64,000 nucleotides of DNA from Candidatus Thalassarchaeum betae (GCA_003193925.1 PSPG01000001.1:128001-192000); one strand, 5' to 3'. Positions 10,590-19,341 are shown, counted from the first letter of the stretch. Made by a program: numbers and translations. The notes: a model not told the origin generated them from the sequence alone.

Positions 10590-12254
10590 ATGGATGAGGT
10601 TCTCACAACCATGGCCGTCTTCTGGGCCCTCATGCTCCTGACTTACTTCCTGATGCAGAACGGCCTGTCGATATTCAATGACGTCGCCAAGAGCATGGGG
10701 ATGTTCATGCTCGAGAAGGCGCTGGGGCCGGCAATCGACCTCGTCGAGGGAAGGCCCGGCTCCGCCTCGAAGGCCTGGTTCATGCAGGGCCTGCTTTGGC
10801 TGTTGGCGGCATCCACGTTGACCTTTGAGGGACTCTGGTTGATGCATGAACCGGCGGCCCTGCACAGTCTGTCCGCCTGGGGCTACAACCCCACTTCCGA
10901 CTCCCTCCTGTACGCCGGCAACTACGCCGTTCTCTATGGCGGCATCGGGATGCTCCTGATAGGCGCCGGTCTGCATATACTACCGCGACTAGCCCGAACC
11001 GAGCTTGCCAGCGAGAAGAACGCGGTACTGGTCTCCTTCCTTTGGACCCTCTCCGTGATGGTCTTGGTGATTGGTGCACACGACTCCGTGATACTCGGTG
11101 TGAACATCATATTCCTAGGCACGGCGATGCACGTACTCGCATTCTCCGCCGTGGTCATCAACCAGCTTCTGACTGTCTCCAAGCGCCAAGGCGCACTCGC
11201 GATTCCGGGATGGCTGATCATCTTCGGACTGCTGGCAGATCCAGTCGCGACGGCTGCGACGTTCATCTCGGGCTCTATCGAGACCGGTGTGGGCCAGTGG
11301 CTGCTCGGCCACATGGTCGGCGGCACCTTCTTCTTCGCCTCGGCTGCGGGAGTAGCACTCTACGCCGCGTCCAGCGCAACCGGCAACCCGCTGTGGTCCA
11401 AATCGCTCGCAGCAGCGGTCCTGGTCGGGTCAATGGCCACCATCAATCCGATGGGGGAGATCGACGGCAGGATGGCCGCGGACATGCTCGGGCTGAGTCT
11501 CGGGGACTTTCAGTTCACCACTGAGGACAATCTGGTCGCCGCCTTCCTGATGGCTCTGGCGACCATACCAATCATGGCCTTGGCGGCCAATGTCCTCATC
11601 ACGTTGAGAGGCGGCGATGCCTTCGTCGAGAATCCTGACTCCGCAGGCACTGCGGAACTGAATCTGGGAGCCTCCATGCTGCTGCCTCTCGCCATAGGCT
11701 CCATGTTCATCCAGTCGGATGCGTTCGCGGCGTCCCCAGAACTCTCCGGACTCGCTCCCTCTCTGATGCTGATAGGGATCTGGTTGGTCTTCGTGCCGAT
11801 CTCGCTCGGCGCTGCTCTGCACCTGTTCCCCGCCGTCACCGGCCGGCATCTGCTATCTCGCAATCGCGCCCGATGGGCCTTCTGGATGATGGGAGGCGGG
11901 GCTTTCCTCGGCCTGACGGTGACGATGATGGCCGATATGATTGACATGGCGCTGATAGAGGCGACTGTCGGGGATCCGAGTTCTCTGGCCGGTGAGCTCC
12001 GAGTGGTCGGCGCGGTACTCTTCTACGGCACCGTCGTCGGCGCAGTGCTGCATACTCTCAACGCCGTCAGCGGTCTGTTCCGTGGAACCAGGGTGGACTC
12101 TGAGAGGGAGACCTCCAGCAGCCTCTCGCCGGAGTCGTACTCGCTCGCCTCCCCTACTTCTGTGCGCAGGATTCTAGCCAGCGGAGCGAACCTGGAAACA
12201 ACAGTGGTACCCGTCGGGGAGAGCGATGATGCCGGTAGCGCCACAGAACTATGA
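10590..12254 (+). CDS. cbb3-type oxidase subunit I (CcoN)-like polytopic membrane protein, most His ligands missing
   Basis: About 12-13 TM helices. Segments resemble CcoN (ILPRLARTELAS; QWLLGH...ATGNPLWS; LHLFPAVTGRHLLS). Confidence 0.6.
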   Translation: MDEVLTTMAVFWALMLLTYFLMQNGLSIFNDVAKSMGMFMLEKALGPAIDLVEGRPGSASKAWFMQGLLWLLAASTLTFEGLWLMHEPAALHSLSAWGYNPTSDSLLYAGNYAVLYGGIGMLLIGAGLHILPRLARTELASEKNAVLVSFLWTLSVMVLVIGAHDSVILGVNIIFLGTAMHVLAFSAVVINQLLTVSKRQGALAIPGWLIIFGLLADPVATAATFISGSIETGVGQWLLGHMVGGTFFFASAAGVALYAASSATGNPLWSKSLAAAVLVGSMATINPMGEIDGRMAADMLGLSLGDFQFTTEDNLVAAFLMALATIPIMALAANVLITLRGGDAFVENPDSAGTAELNLGASMLLPLAIGSMFIQSDAFAASPELSGLAPSLMLIGIWLVFVPISLGAALHLFPAVTGRHLLSRNRARWAFWMMGGGAFLGLTVTMMADMIDMALIEATVGDPSSLAGELRVVGAVLFYGTVVGAVLHTLNAVSGLFRGTRVDSERETSSSLSPESYSLASPTSVRRILASGANLETTVVPVGESDDAGSATEL

Positions 12255-12314
12255 GCAGCCGTAGCCGACCGTCACCTTGAGAGCGAGTGCCCCGGTTCAC
12301 TCAGGGGGGATGCC

Positions 12315-13601
12315 ATGCGAATAGGGCTGGTCGGCAAGCCGAACGTGGGCAAGTCTACCACGTTCTCCGCGCTGACGGAGACACCGGTCGATATCGCCAA
12401 CTACCCGTTCACGACCATCGAGCCAAACGTCGGGGTGGCTTGGCTGCCTCTCCCCTCGCCCTGCGCCTGCGCCGAGTTGCGCAGACGCAAGGAGGCGGCC
12501 GGACGACTGGAGCCATATTCGGACGACGACCCTCGAAGGGGCAGCATCTGCATTCCCAACTCGGGCTCCTGCACCGCTCACCGGCGGCTCGTCCCGGTGA
12601 CTATCGTCGATGTCGCGGGGTTGGTCCCGGGTGCGCACGAGGGTAGAGGCAGGGGGAATCAGTTCCTCACGGACCTGGCCCGCTGCGACGCCCTGATCCA
12701 GGTCGTGGACATCTCGGGGTCGACCGATATAGACGGCAATCCCGTCGGTAGCGGCGGCTCGGACCCGATCGAGGAGCACAAGTTCCTCGTCGAGGAGCTG
12801 GAGGCTTGGATCGTCGGCATCCTGAGCGTAGGCTGGAAGCGCGGGGCGAGACGGGTGCAGGCCGAAGGCGACCGGGCTCTGATGGAATACGTCGTCGACC
12901 AGCTCACTGGCATAGGGGCCACCGAGCAGCATGTCTCGGCCGGCTTCAACGCGGTTCGCTCAAAGCACCCTGATTCCGGGGTCCCGTGGAGTTGGGGCGA
13001 TGCGGAACTCACTGCAATGGCATCGGCTATCCGATTCGAGTTGTTCCCTATCTCCATCGCTGCGAACAAGGCCGACAGAGCCCACTCTGGCTCATGGGCG
13101 CCCCTGTCGGAGATGATCACCAGAGAGGGAGGCATCCTCCTGCCTACCAGTGCCGAGGCCGAACTGGCTCTGAGCAGGGCCTCACAAGCCGGACTGATCG
13201 AGCACAGTCCCGGCGAGCCTACATTCGAAATCACGCCGGAGGGTGAGGAGAAGCTCTCGCAAGCACAGAGGAGAGCGCTCTCCTCGATAGCGGAGTCACT
13301 CGGCTCGTGGGAGGGCGGCGGCCTTTTTGGCCTGCTCTCTCAAGTTGTATTCGGGACACTGAGCCGCAGAGTAGCCTATCCGGTTCAGGACGAGACACAT
13401 TGGGTGGACGGCGAGGGCAACATGCTCCCAGACGCGCTCCTCGTGCCACAGGGAACAACTGCGAAGGGACTGGCCTACGCTGTCCACACCGACCTCGGTG
13501 ACGGCTTCATCCGCGCGGTCGACGCCCGTAGTTCGAGAGTCATCGGAGCAGAACACGAAATCCAGAACGGCGATGTCATCAGCATCTACGCCAAGACGTG
13601 A
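12315..13601 (+). CDS. ychF: YchF/Obg-family ATPase (archaeal type)
   Basis: GKPNVGKST, NYPFTTIEPN, DVAGLVPGA, NKAD, C-terminal TGS (VHTDLGDGF). Confidence 0.9.
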   Translation: MRIGLVGKPNVGKSTTFSALTETPVDIANYPFTTIEPNVGVAWLPLPSPCACAELRRRKEAAGRLEPYSDDDPRRGSICIPNSGSCTAHRRLVPVTIVDVAGLVPGAHEGRGRGNQFLTDLARCDALIQVVDISGSTDIDGNPVGSGGSDPIEEHKFLVEELEAWIVGILSVGWKRGARRVQAEGDRALMEYVVDQLTGIGATEQHVSAGFNAVRSKHPDSGVPWSWGDAELTAMASAIRFELFPISIAANKADRAHSGSWAPLSEMITREGGILLPTSAEAELALSRASQAGLIEHSPGEPTFEITPEGEEKLSQAQRRALSSIAESLGSWEGGGLFGLLSQVVFGTLSRRVAYPVQDETHWVDGEGNMLPDALLVPQGTTAKGLAYAVHTDLGDGFIRAVDARSSRVIGAEHEIQNGDVISIYAKT

Positions 13602-14279
13602 TCAGGTCTCGACCTCGACGACCGGCTCCAGCACGAGCTCGTAAGTCATCGCCGTCCAAGTGATGTCGTACTCCTCGTCGGAATCGACGATGGAGCCCAC
13701 AGGACCGGGCAGCGCGTTGATGTCAGCAGTGATGGTTGCAGCCCATGTCCCCTCTCCGAACCCACCGTCGTTCCACAGCGAACGGAGCTCCCCCTCGCTC
13801 ATGTTCTCGACAGTTATGTTCTGGCCTGTGTAGTTGTGAGTCACGTCCCACCTCATCGTGAAGCCGGAGTCGCCCCCCGAGCACGGACCGCTCGCCTCTT
13901 GGTCCTCGAACTCCCCCTCCGCCCCACTGACATCGCTGCTCCCATCGGCGCTGTCGGTGAACCCGGGTCCGGGGTCGTCGTTGTCGTTGCAGTCGACATC
14001 CAGCTCGATGTAGCCGATGTCGAGCTCGGTCGTCACGTCGAAGTAGGTGTCATGTGTGTCACCGTCACCGAGCACCTGGTGCTCCTCCATGATGATAGGA
14101 GTCTCGGAGAAGCTGACCGTCCACTTGCCAGACGGACCTGAGGAGCCGCCGCTCATCAGGTCGTCGTCGATCAATGACGGCATAATCTGGAAATAGACCG
14201 GGAAAGCAATCAGGAAAGCAACGCTGATGCTCAGAATGCGTATCTTGCGAGGGGTGTTGACAAGGTCCTCGAAGTCCAT
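13602..14279 (-). CDS. Membrane-anchored acidic hypothetical protein
   Basis: One N-terminal TM followed by a D/E-rich, beta-like domain. Confidence 0.7.
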   Translation of the reverse strand: MDFEDLVNTPRKIRILSISVAFLIAFPVYFQIMPSLIDDDLMSGGSSGPSGKWTVSFSETPIIMEEHQVLGDGDTHDTYFDVTTELDIGYIELDVDCNDNDDPGPGFTDSADGSSDVSGAEGEFEDQEASGPCSGGDSGFTMRWDVTHNYTGQNITVENMSEGELRSLWNDGGFGEGTWAATITADINALPGPVGSIVDSDEEYDITWTAMTYELVLEPVVEVET

Positions 14280-14391
14280 TGCTGTCCCGTTTCGCGGTCA
14301 TCACCCTCCCTATCAAACACTCTCATTCTGCGATTGCGACAGATTCGTTCACGAACCCCCGGTACAACAGTCGGCTGTAAGCGGCTTCGAC

Positions 14392-15519
14392 CTAGGAGTT
14401 GTCCCCACTATCGTCATGGCCACCACCAAGCCCCCCCGCCTCTTCCCAGCACGAGTCTTCGAGGTTGCTCTCCGCCCCATCCTGCTTCAGGCACGGGTGG
14501 TGGTTGGTGAAGACGTCGAATTGGGTGAGCCACGGCTCGATGATCCATGCGTGAGTCATCCAGTAGTCGTCTAGGTGCACGTTGGTCCCATCCATGGAAT
14601 GGCACTGCTCGTCGCTGATGTCCTGGCCGACCACTTGGAAACTGGAGTTCGTGAAGCAGAGCACCTCGTGGACATGCCACCAGTCGTTGCCACCAGGGAA
14701 CCCGGCCGGTGGATTCTCTGAATCAGTCCTCACGTACCATGCGAACCCAACTAGCACTGCATCCTGTGCGCTGCTGGCGTACATCAGGAACTCAGGTCGT
14801 TCGAAATCGAAATCCTCGTCCATCCTAGTGCCGGGGAACTCTGGGTTGAGGGGGTCGAAGCCGTCGGGCTCCATCGAGAAGCCCTCGAGCCTGATGTGAT
14901 GCGTGCCCATGCCCTTGACGTAGTCCACAGCCATGTGGAAACCGTCCGCTTCGGCATCGGCGACTGTGGGCCACTGCATCGCCCACTCGATAGCAGCCTC
15001 GAACTGCTCTGAAAGGTCGAGACAGTCCTGCCATGACAGCATCCCCTTCGTCATACCGTGATAGGCAGGGGCGAGGTGGTCGCCGTGCTCTTGACCATCG
15101 CCGTGACCGGTGCCCATCGAGTGGCACCACCATGGGCGCATCGACATGTCGACCTCGACATCCGCGCAGCCGTCACTGGCCGCTGTCTCGTTAGCAGGAG
15201 TCGATGGGCAGGAGTCGTCCGCGTCGACGAGACCGTCACCGTCACTGTCCCTCTCAGTAGCGCCACAGCCAGATCCGTCCACAACTTCACTGACCGGGGT
15301 CGTGGCGCATTCATCGATGGCGTCTGAGACGCTGTCACCATCCCCATCTAGCTGAGTTGCCGAGCAACCGTCCTCGTCGACCAGTTCCTCAATTGGGGTC
15401 AGAGAGCACAGGTCGAGCTCGTCGGTGACGCCGTCATCGTCCTTGTCGGGAGGTCCGACGCAGCCGGCTAGCGAGCCGCACAGCAGTAGCAGGGCCATCA
15501 GCGCGGCTCGGAGACTCAT
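14392..15519 (-). CDS. Lipoprotein with thrombospondin type 3 Ca-binding repeats and His-rich C-terminal domain
   Basis: Lipobox LAGC; three DxDxDGVxDxxDxC repeats; GMGTHH, WHVH, HAW motifs. Confidence 0.78.
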   Translation of the reverse strand: MSLRAALMALLLLCGSLAGCVGPPDKDDDGVTDELDLCSLTPIEELVDEDGCSATQLDGDGDSVSDAIDECATTPVSEVVDGSGCGATERDSDGDGLVDADDSCPSTPANETAASDGCADVEVDMSMRPWWCHSMGTGHGDGQEHGDHLAPAYHGMTKGMLSWQDCLDLSEQFEAAIEWAMQWPTVADAEADGFHMAVDYVKGMGTHHIRLEGFSMEPDGFDPLNPEFPGTRMDEDFDFERPEFLMYASSAQDAVLVGFAWYVRTDSENPPAGFPGGNDWWHVHEVLCFTNSSFQVVGQDISDEQCHSMDGTNVHLDDYWMTHAWIIEPWLTQFDVFTNHHPCLKQDGAESNLEDSCWEEAGGLGGGHDDSGDNS

Positions 15520-15552
15520 GCTGGGAAGAAGACTCGATGGGTGATAAATCCA

Positions 15553-16056
15553 TCATGCGCGCGACCCGCCGCCCTGCCAATTGTCGATATCGATTCTCTC
15601 GCCCCGGAAAAGCACTCTGGAGCGACGGAACTCAGGCAGGAAATAACCGATCATCGAACGCTCACCGAAGCTCCACTTCCAAGGACAGCGAGGCAGCGAA
15701 TCGCTCCACTCCCTCAACAGAGAAGTCCAGCTCTCGCCCTCTAGTTGACGGGGGACCTCGAAGGAGACCGTCGAGAGCCTGCCGGCTGAGCCAGGAATGT
15801 AGGACCAGGAGCGTATCGAGAGCCCAACGGCCTCACCGTCGTCCACAACTAAGCCGAGCACCCTTGCCTGCCTCGATAGGGGGACCACGATCGCCCATCT
15901 GTGAACCATCCTTGACTCTTCGATTCGGTGCATGCTCCAGCCGCGCGACTCACCGATCAGCCGCAGAGCGCGGATGGCATCGGTAGGGGCGATGCTGACA
16001 GGAATCTCAAGCAGGCGGCTCGGCGCCATCGAGATACCCTCTAGGCTCTCGCCCAT
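15553..16056 (-). CDS. Hypothetical protein
   Basis: Co-oriented ORF following the P1 gene; Trp-rich; no recognised family. Confidence 0.6.
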   Translation of the reverse strand: MGESLEGISMAPSRLLEIPVSIAPTDAIRALRLIGESRGWSMHRIEESRMVHRWAIVVPLSRQARVLGLVVDDGEAVGLSIRSWSYIPGSAGRLSTVSFEVPRQLEGESWTSLLREWSDSLPRCPWKWSFGERSMIGYFLPEFRRSRVLFRGERIDIDNWQGGGSRA

Positions 16057-16088
16057 AGCGGCTTCGCGTAAGTCGTGTCTGTGCGGGT

Positions 16089-16406
16089 TCAGCCGAAGAG
16101 CGAGCCGAGGCCCTCGAAGCCCCCGCCCTCTTCCTCAGGCTCTTCCTCTGCAGCCGCTTCCTCAACCGGAGCCGCCTCAGCAGCCCCACCGCCACCAGCG
16201 GCGGCAGGTGCGGCTGAAGCCACCGGGGCTGCCACGGCGGTAGCCATGGCCTCACCAATGTCGACAGAGCCCAAGGATGCGATCAGAGCCTTTACACGGG
16301 CTCCGTCAGCATCCACCCCAGCGGCGGTCAAGACCGCGCTGACAGCGTCTTCGTCGATGTTCTTCTCAGCAGAGTGCAGTAGCATTGCAGCATATACATA
16401 TTTCAT
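16089..16406 (-). CDS. rpl12: 50S ribosomal protein P1 (aL12)
   Basis: YVYAAMLLHSA, Ala-rich hinge, C-terminal GLGSLFG. Confidence 0.96.
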   Translation of the reverse strand: MKYVYAAMLLHSAEKNIDEDAVSAVLTAAGVDADGARVKALIASLGSVDIGEAMATAVAAPVASAAPAAAGGGGAAEAAPVEEAAAEEEPEEEGGGFEGLGSLFG

Positions 16407-16459
16407 TTTTTTTCACCTTTCCTTCAACCGAAGAGATCGCCCAGTCCGTAGAACCCGGC

Positions 16460-17407
16460 TCACTCCTCTTCCTCCTCTTCCTCCTCGGGAGGCGCCTCAG
16501 CACCAGCATCCAAGTCAGCCGCATCGGAGGCGGCGGCGTCAGCGCCCTCGAGCGCTGAGGAATCTAATTGGCCAGCGATGGCCAGAGCACGGGCGCTCGC
16601 CCGCGCGACGAGCATGGAAGCGGTTTCGTCGTTGACGACTCCGGCTTCGATGGCCACTGCCATGGCCTCGCTGCTGGCCTTGGACAGCAGGGCGGGCACG
16701 GTGGCAGTGGAGAACCAGCGAGTGTTGCACGCTAGGTTGAAGGCACCCGAGGTCGCTGTCATGACATCGTTTCGGAAGCCTTCGAAATCGAGTTTGAGCG
16801 AGGAGGCTGGGAACACGAAGCCGCCCTCGATGGCCCCGGTCAGGATGAGCCCGATCTCGATTGGTGTGATTCCCAGCTTGGCCAGCATGATACCCAGGTC
16901 ACCAGTGATTGCCTCGCCCTCGTTGACGACCGTCACGGTCCTCTGGATGGCGACCTTGCCCCTGTCTATCTTGGCTGGGATCCCGACGGCGTTGAACTCC
17001 CCGACGATGGGGCCGGGACCGAACTCGGTCGGCCCCTTCTCGACGACGATGTCTACAGGGGCCAACTCACCTTCCTTGGCAACTCGCCCCTGACGGGTCT
17101 TCTCCAGCTCGGCGAACAGCTCGAAGGCGTTCAGGGATTCCGAGTGAACTACACAAGGCTGGGCGGCGCCCTCGAACAGTTGCTCCAATTCCACCTCGGA
17201 GCGACCAGCCTGCTCCCAAGCGAGCTTGATCAGCGTCTTCTTCGCCACGGTCATCGTCATCTGGTCGCGCAGCGAGCTGCGCATGTCGAGCATATTGCCC
17301 GCAGGGACCCCGCTGATGTCCACGATGCCGACTATGCCATCGCCGCTGAGTATCTCGGCGAGCTCAGAGACGCGGTCTTTCTTCCAAGGGGCTGCCTTGG
17401 CTATCAC
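16460..17407 (-). CDS. rplP0: 50S ribosomal protein uL10/P0 (conserved tail continues in frame to 16424 after a TGA)
   Basis: APWKKDRV, KKTLI, GPTEFGPGP; GTG start overlaps the L1 stop. Confidence 0.93.
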   Translation of the reverse strand: MIAKAAPWKKDRVSELAEILSGDGIVGIVDISGVPAGNMLDMRSSLRDQMTMTVAKKTLIKLAWEQAGRSEVELEQLFEGAAQPCVVHSESLNAFELFAELEKTRQGRVAKEGELAPVDIVVEKGPTEFGPGPIVGEFNAVGIPAKIDRGKVAIQRTVTVVNEGEAITGDLGIMLAKLGITPIEIGLILTGAIEGGFVFPASSLKLDFEGFRNDVMTATSGAFNLACNTRWFSTATVPALLSKASSEAMAVAIEAGVVNDETASMLVARASARALAIAGQLDSSALEGADAAASDAADLDAGAEAPPEEEEEEEE

Positions 17408-18048
17408 TCGACCACCTCCACCTTGACAGAGGGCCCCATCGAGGTCTTGACGTAGCAGGAGCGAATGTTGCCCGCACCGCGCTCCAACTTGCCTGTGACC
17501 CTGTTCCATACGGCCATTGCGTTAGCAGTCAGTTCGTCGAGACCCTGCTCGCGCGAGCCCACCGCGGTGTGGAAGGTGATTCTGTCACGCGACCTGATGA
17601 CCGCGGTGTCCTTGAGCCCCGCAGCGATCCTAGCGGGATCGAGGTTGGGAGGGACCGGGCGCGGCATCTTGCCACGCGGTCCCAGAACCACTCCGAGGAA
17701 CCGCCCGACGGTTCCCATGTGAGGGATCTCGGAGAGGAAGAAGTCGCTTTTGTTCGCGATCTTCCTAGCCATCTGGCGGTTGCCGCCGAGGTCCTCGATG
17801 GTCGCGGGGTCGATCACATCGATTCCTGCGGCCTTGGCTTTGGTGGCCATCTCGCCGCCGGCGAACATCGTGATGCGAATCGGCTTGCCCCTCCCGGAGG
17901 GCAGCCTGACTTCCTCTTGGATTCTGTTTGCGGGGTTCTTCAGGTCGACGTCCTTCAGGGTGAACGCGATTTCGATGGATTCGACGAACTTGCGCTCAGG
18001 AGATTCATCGAGCGCCCGTTGAATCGCTGTCTGGATGTTTTCCTGCAT
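17404..18048 (-). CDS. rpl1: 50S ribosomal protein uL1
   Basis: RKFVESIEI, LGPRGKMP, YVKTSMGP. Confidence 0.96.
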   Translation of the reverse strand: MQENIQTAIQRALDESPERKFVESIEIAFTLKDVDLKNPANRIQEEVRLPSGRGKPIRITMFAGGEMATKAKAAGIDVIDPATIEDLGGNRQMARKIANKSDFFLSEIPHMGTVGRFLGVVLGPRGKMPRPVPPNLDPARIAAGLKDTAVIRSRDRITFHTAVGSREQGLDELTANAMAVWNRVTGKLERGAGNIRSCYVKTSMGPSVKVEVVE

Positions 18049-18061
18049 TTTTCCTCACCTC

Positions 18062-18090
18062 TGCGGTCAACGAGGAAACCCTCTCCCGCA
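18062..18090 (-). promoter_or_regulatory. Putative L1-binding autoregulatory RNA hairpin next to the rpl1 SD
   Basis: Minus strand reads TGCGG-GA-GAGG-GTTT-CCTC-GTTGA-CCGCA, two helices with an asymmetric loop, immediately before SD GAGGTGA. Confidence 0.65.
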
Positions 18091-18100
18091 ACTCGTGTCC

Positions 18101-18379
18101 TCAACTGAAATGTTCGCTAAACTCTCCCTCACTCATCGCTTGCAGGGCATCCTTCGGAGTCATGCCCTCCACGTGCACTCGCATCGAGACGCAGGTGCCC
18201 ATCACCTCGCGGCACCGAGCGTACAGGTCAGCACCGGTCAGACGGTCCTTCTGATCCTCTGCGATTTCCTTGACTTGATCCATGGTCAGATTCTCCGAAG
18301 CCTCCTCCCAGGAGCCGTTGCAAGTCTTCTGCCCCAGCATCTGAATCACCTTGTGCGGTGTTTCGTTACGTGCAGACAT
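18101..18379 (-). CDS. rpl11: 50S ribosomal protein uL11, C-terminal domain only (92 aa)
   Basis: NLTMDQVKEIA...EVMGTCVSMRVHVEG; SD GGAGG; canonical position between spt5 and rpl1. Confidence 0.82.
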   Translation of the reverse strand: MSARNETPHKVIQMLGQKTCNGSWEEASENLTMDQVKEIAEDQKDRLTGADLYARCREVMGTCVSMRVHVEGMTPKDALQAMSEGEFSEHFS

Positions 18380-18465
18380 TCGTGATAGCCTCCTGTAAGT
18401 GCGCCCCGCCGACCTGCTTTCCATATTTGAGAGTGATGCAACGCCCGCAGGGCGTGCTTCTAGGG

Positions 18466-19332
18466 CTACTCCACGCGCTGAGTCACTCGAACCTGATCGG
18501 CGCGCACGGTCAGAGCCACAGGAACAGCGGCCTCAAAGAGCTCGACCGTGACTTCCTCCTTGGATTCGGTGACCCGTGTCACGCGAGCAGCCTGGCCGCG
18601 GAAAGCACCACCGTGGATCTCCACGATGCAGCCTTCCTCGATGCCGGCGGTGGCCGCCTTCGGCTCGAGGTACGGCAGGACGTCACCTAGAGGCGACTCG
18701 CCATCGAGCACCTTGCGGCAGTTCTTCATCGGCGTAGTGGACACTCCTACGCGCCCGATGAGCTTCTCGACATGGTGCAAAGCGGAGGCCTCGACGAAGA
18801 TGTAGCCGCGCATGAAGTGCGGGCTCAGGACTCCGAAGATCTGGTCTTGGATCTCCTTGAGCGAGCCGGTCCCAGAGAGTCTTGCGCGGATCTCCTTGGC
18901 GACGTTCTGCTCCTGGCCGATCGAGGTCTTGAGGATGTAGAGGAACGAGGCGACATCGCCATACATCTCACGGAGCTGCGGGGTAGCGTACTTCTTGTCT
19001 TGAATGCTGCCGGGGTCGACCCACTCGAATGCCGTGTACAGGCCTCGCGGATCGACTTCCTCGGCAGAGCTGGCGAATAGCACCGGGGTGACCTCGTTGA
19101 GGCGGTTGCCGAAGGCGAGGCCGCGAGCCTCGCCCGAGCGGACGAACTCCAGATTCTCGGCATCTATTCCGGTGACTTCGGTGATTCTGGCGGTGACGGC
19201 GTCCGCATCTTCCGGGTCGCCGACGCCGTAGATGCCATCCCAAGCCCCGGGGAAGTCTGCAACCCCGTCTGCTCGCTGCATCAGCAGGACCCTCTCCCCG
19301 TTGCGGATGAAGACAGTGAACGCGTCCGACAT
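18466..19332 (-). CDS. spt5: Transcription elongation factor Spt5/NusG with N-terminal Nudix-like domain
   Basis: NGN (KTSIGQE, RGYIFVEA) and KOW (VEIHGGAFRGQAARV) in the C-terminal ~160 aa; between secE and rpl11. Confidence 0.9.
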   Translation of the reverse strand: MSDAFTVFIRNGERVLLMQRADGVADFPGAWDGIYGVGDPEDADAVTARITEVTGIDAENLEFVRSGEARGLAFGNRLNEVTPVLFASSAEEVDPRGLYTAFEWVDPGSIQDKKYATPQLREMYGDVASFLYILKTSIGQEQNVAKEIRARLSGTGSLKEIQDQIFGVLSPHFMRGYIFVEASALHHVEKLIGRVGVSTTPMKNCRKVLDGESPLGDVLPYLEPKAATAGIEEGCIVEIHGGAFRGQAARVTRVTESKEEVTVELFEAAVPVALTVRADQVRVTQRVE

Positions 19333-19341
19333 GTACCCACC

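Noticed and set aside
15200-15450. DNA-level repeats in the TSP3 region
   Set aside because: Explained by protein Ca-binding repeats; not an independent repeat element.
16460-16462. Genome-wide TGA reassignment or selenocysteine
   Set aside because: TGA ends many genes here at their expected C-termini (rpl12, rpl21e, rpl15e, hisS), and the P0 site is not a Cys-type position.
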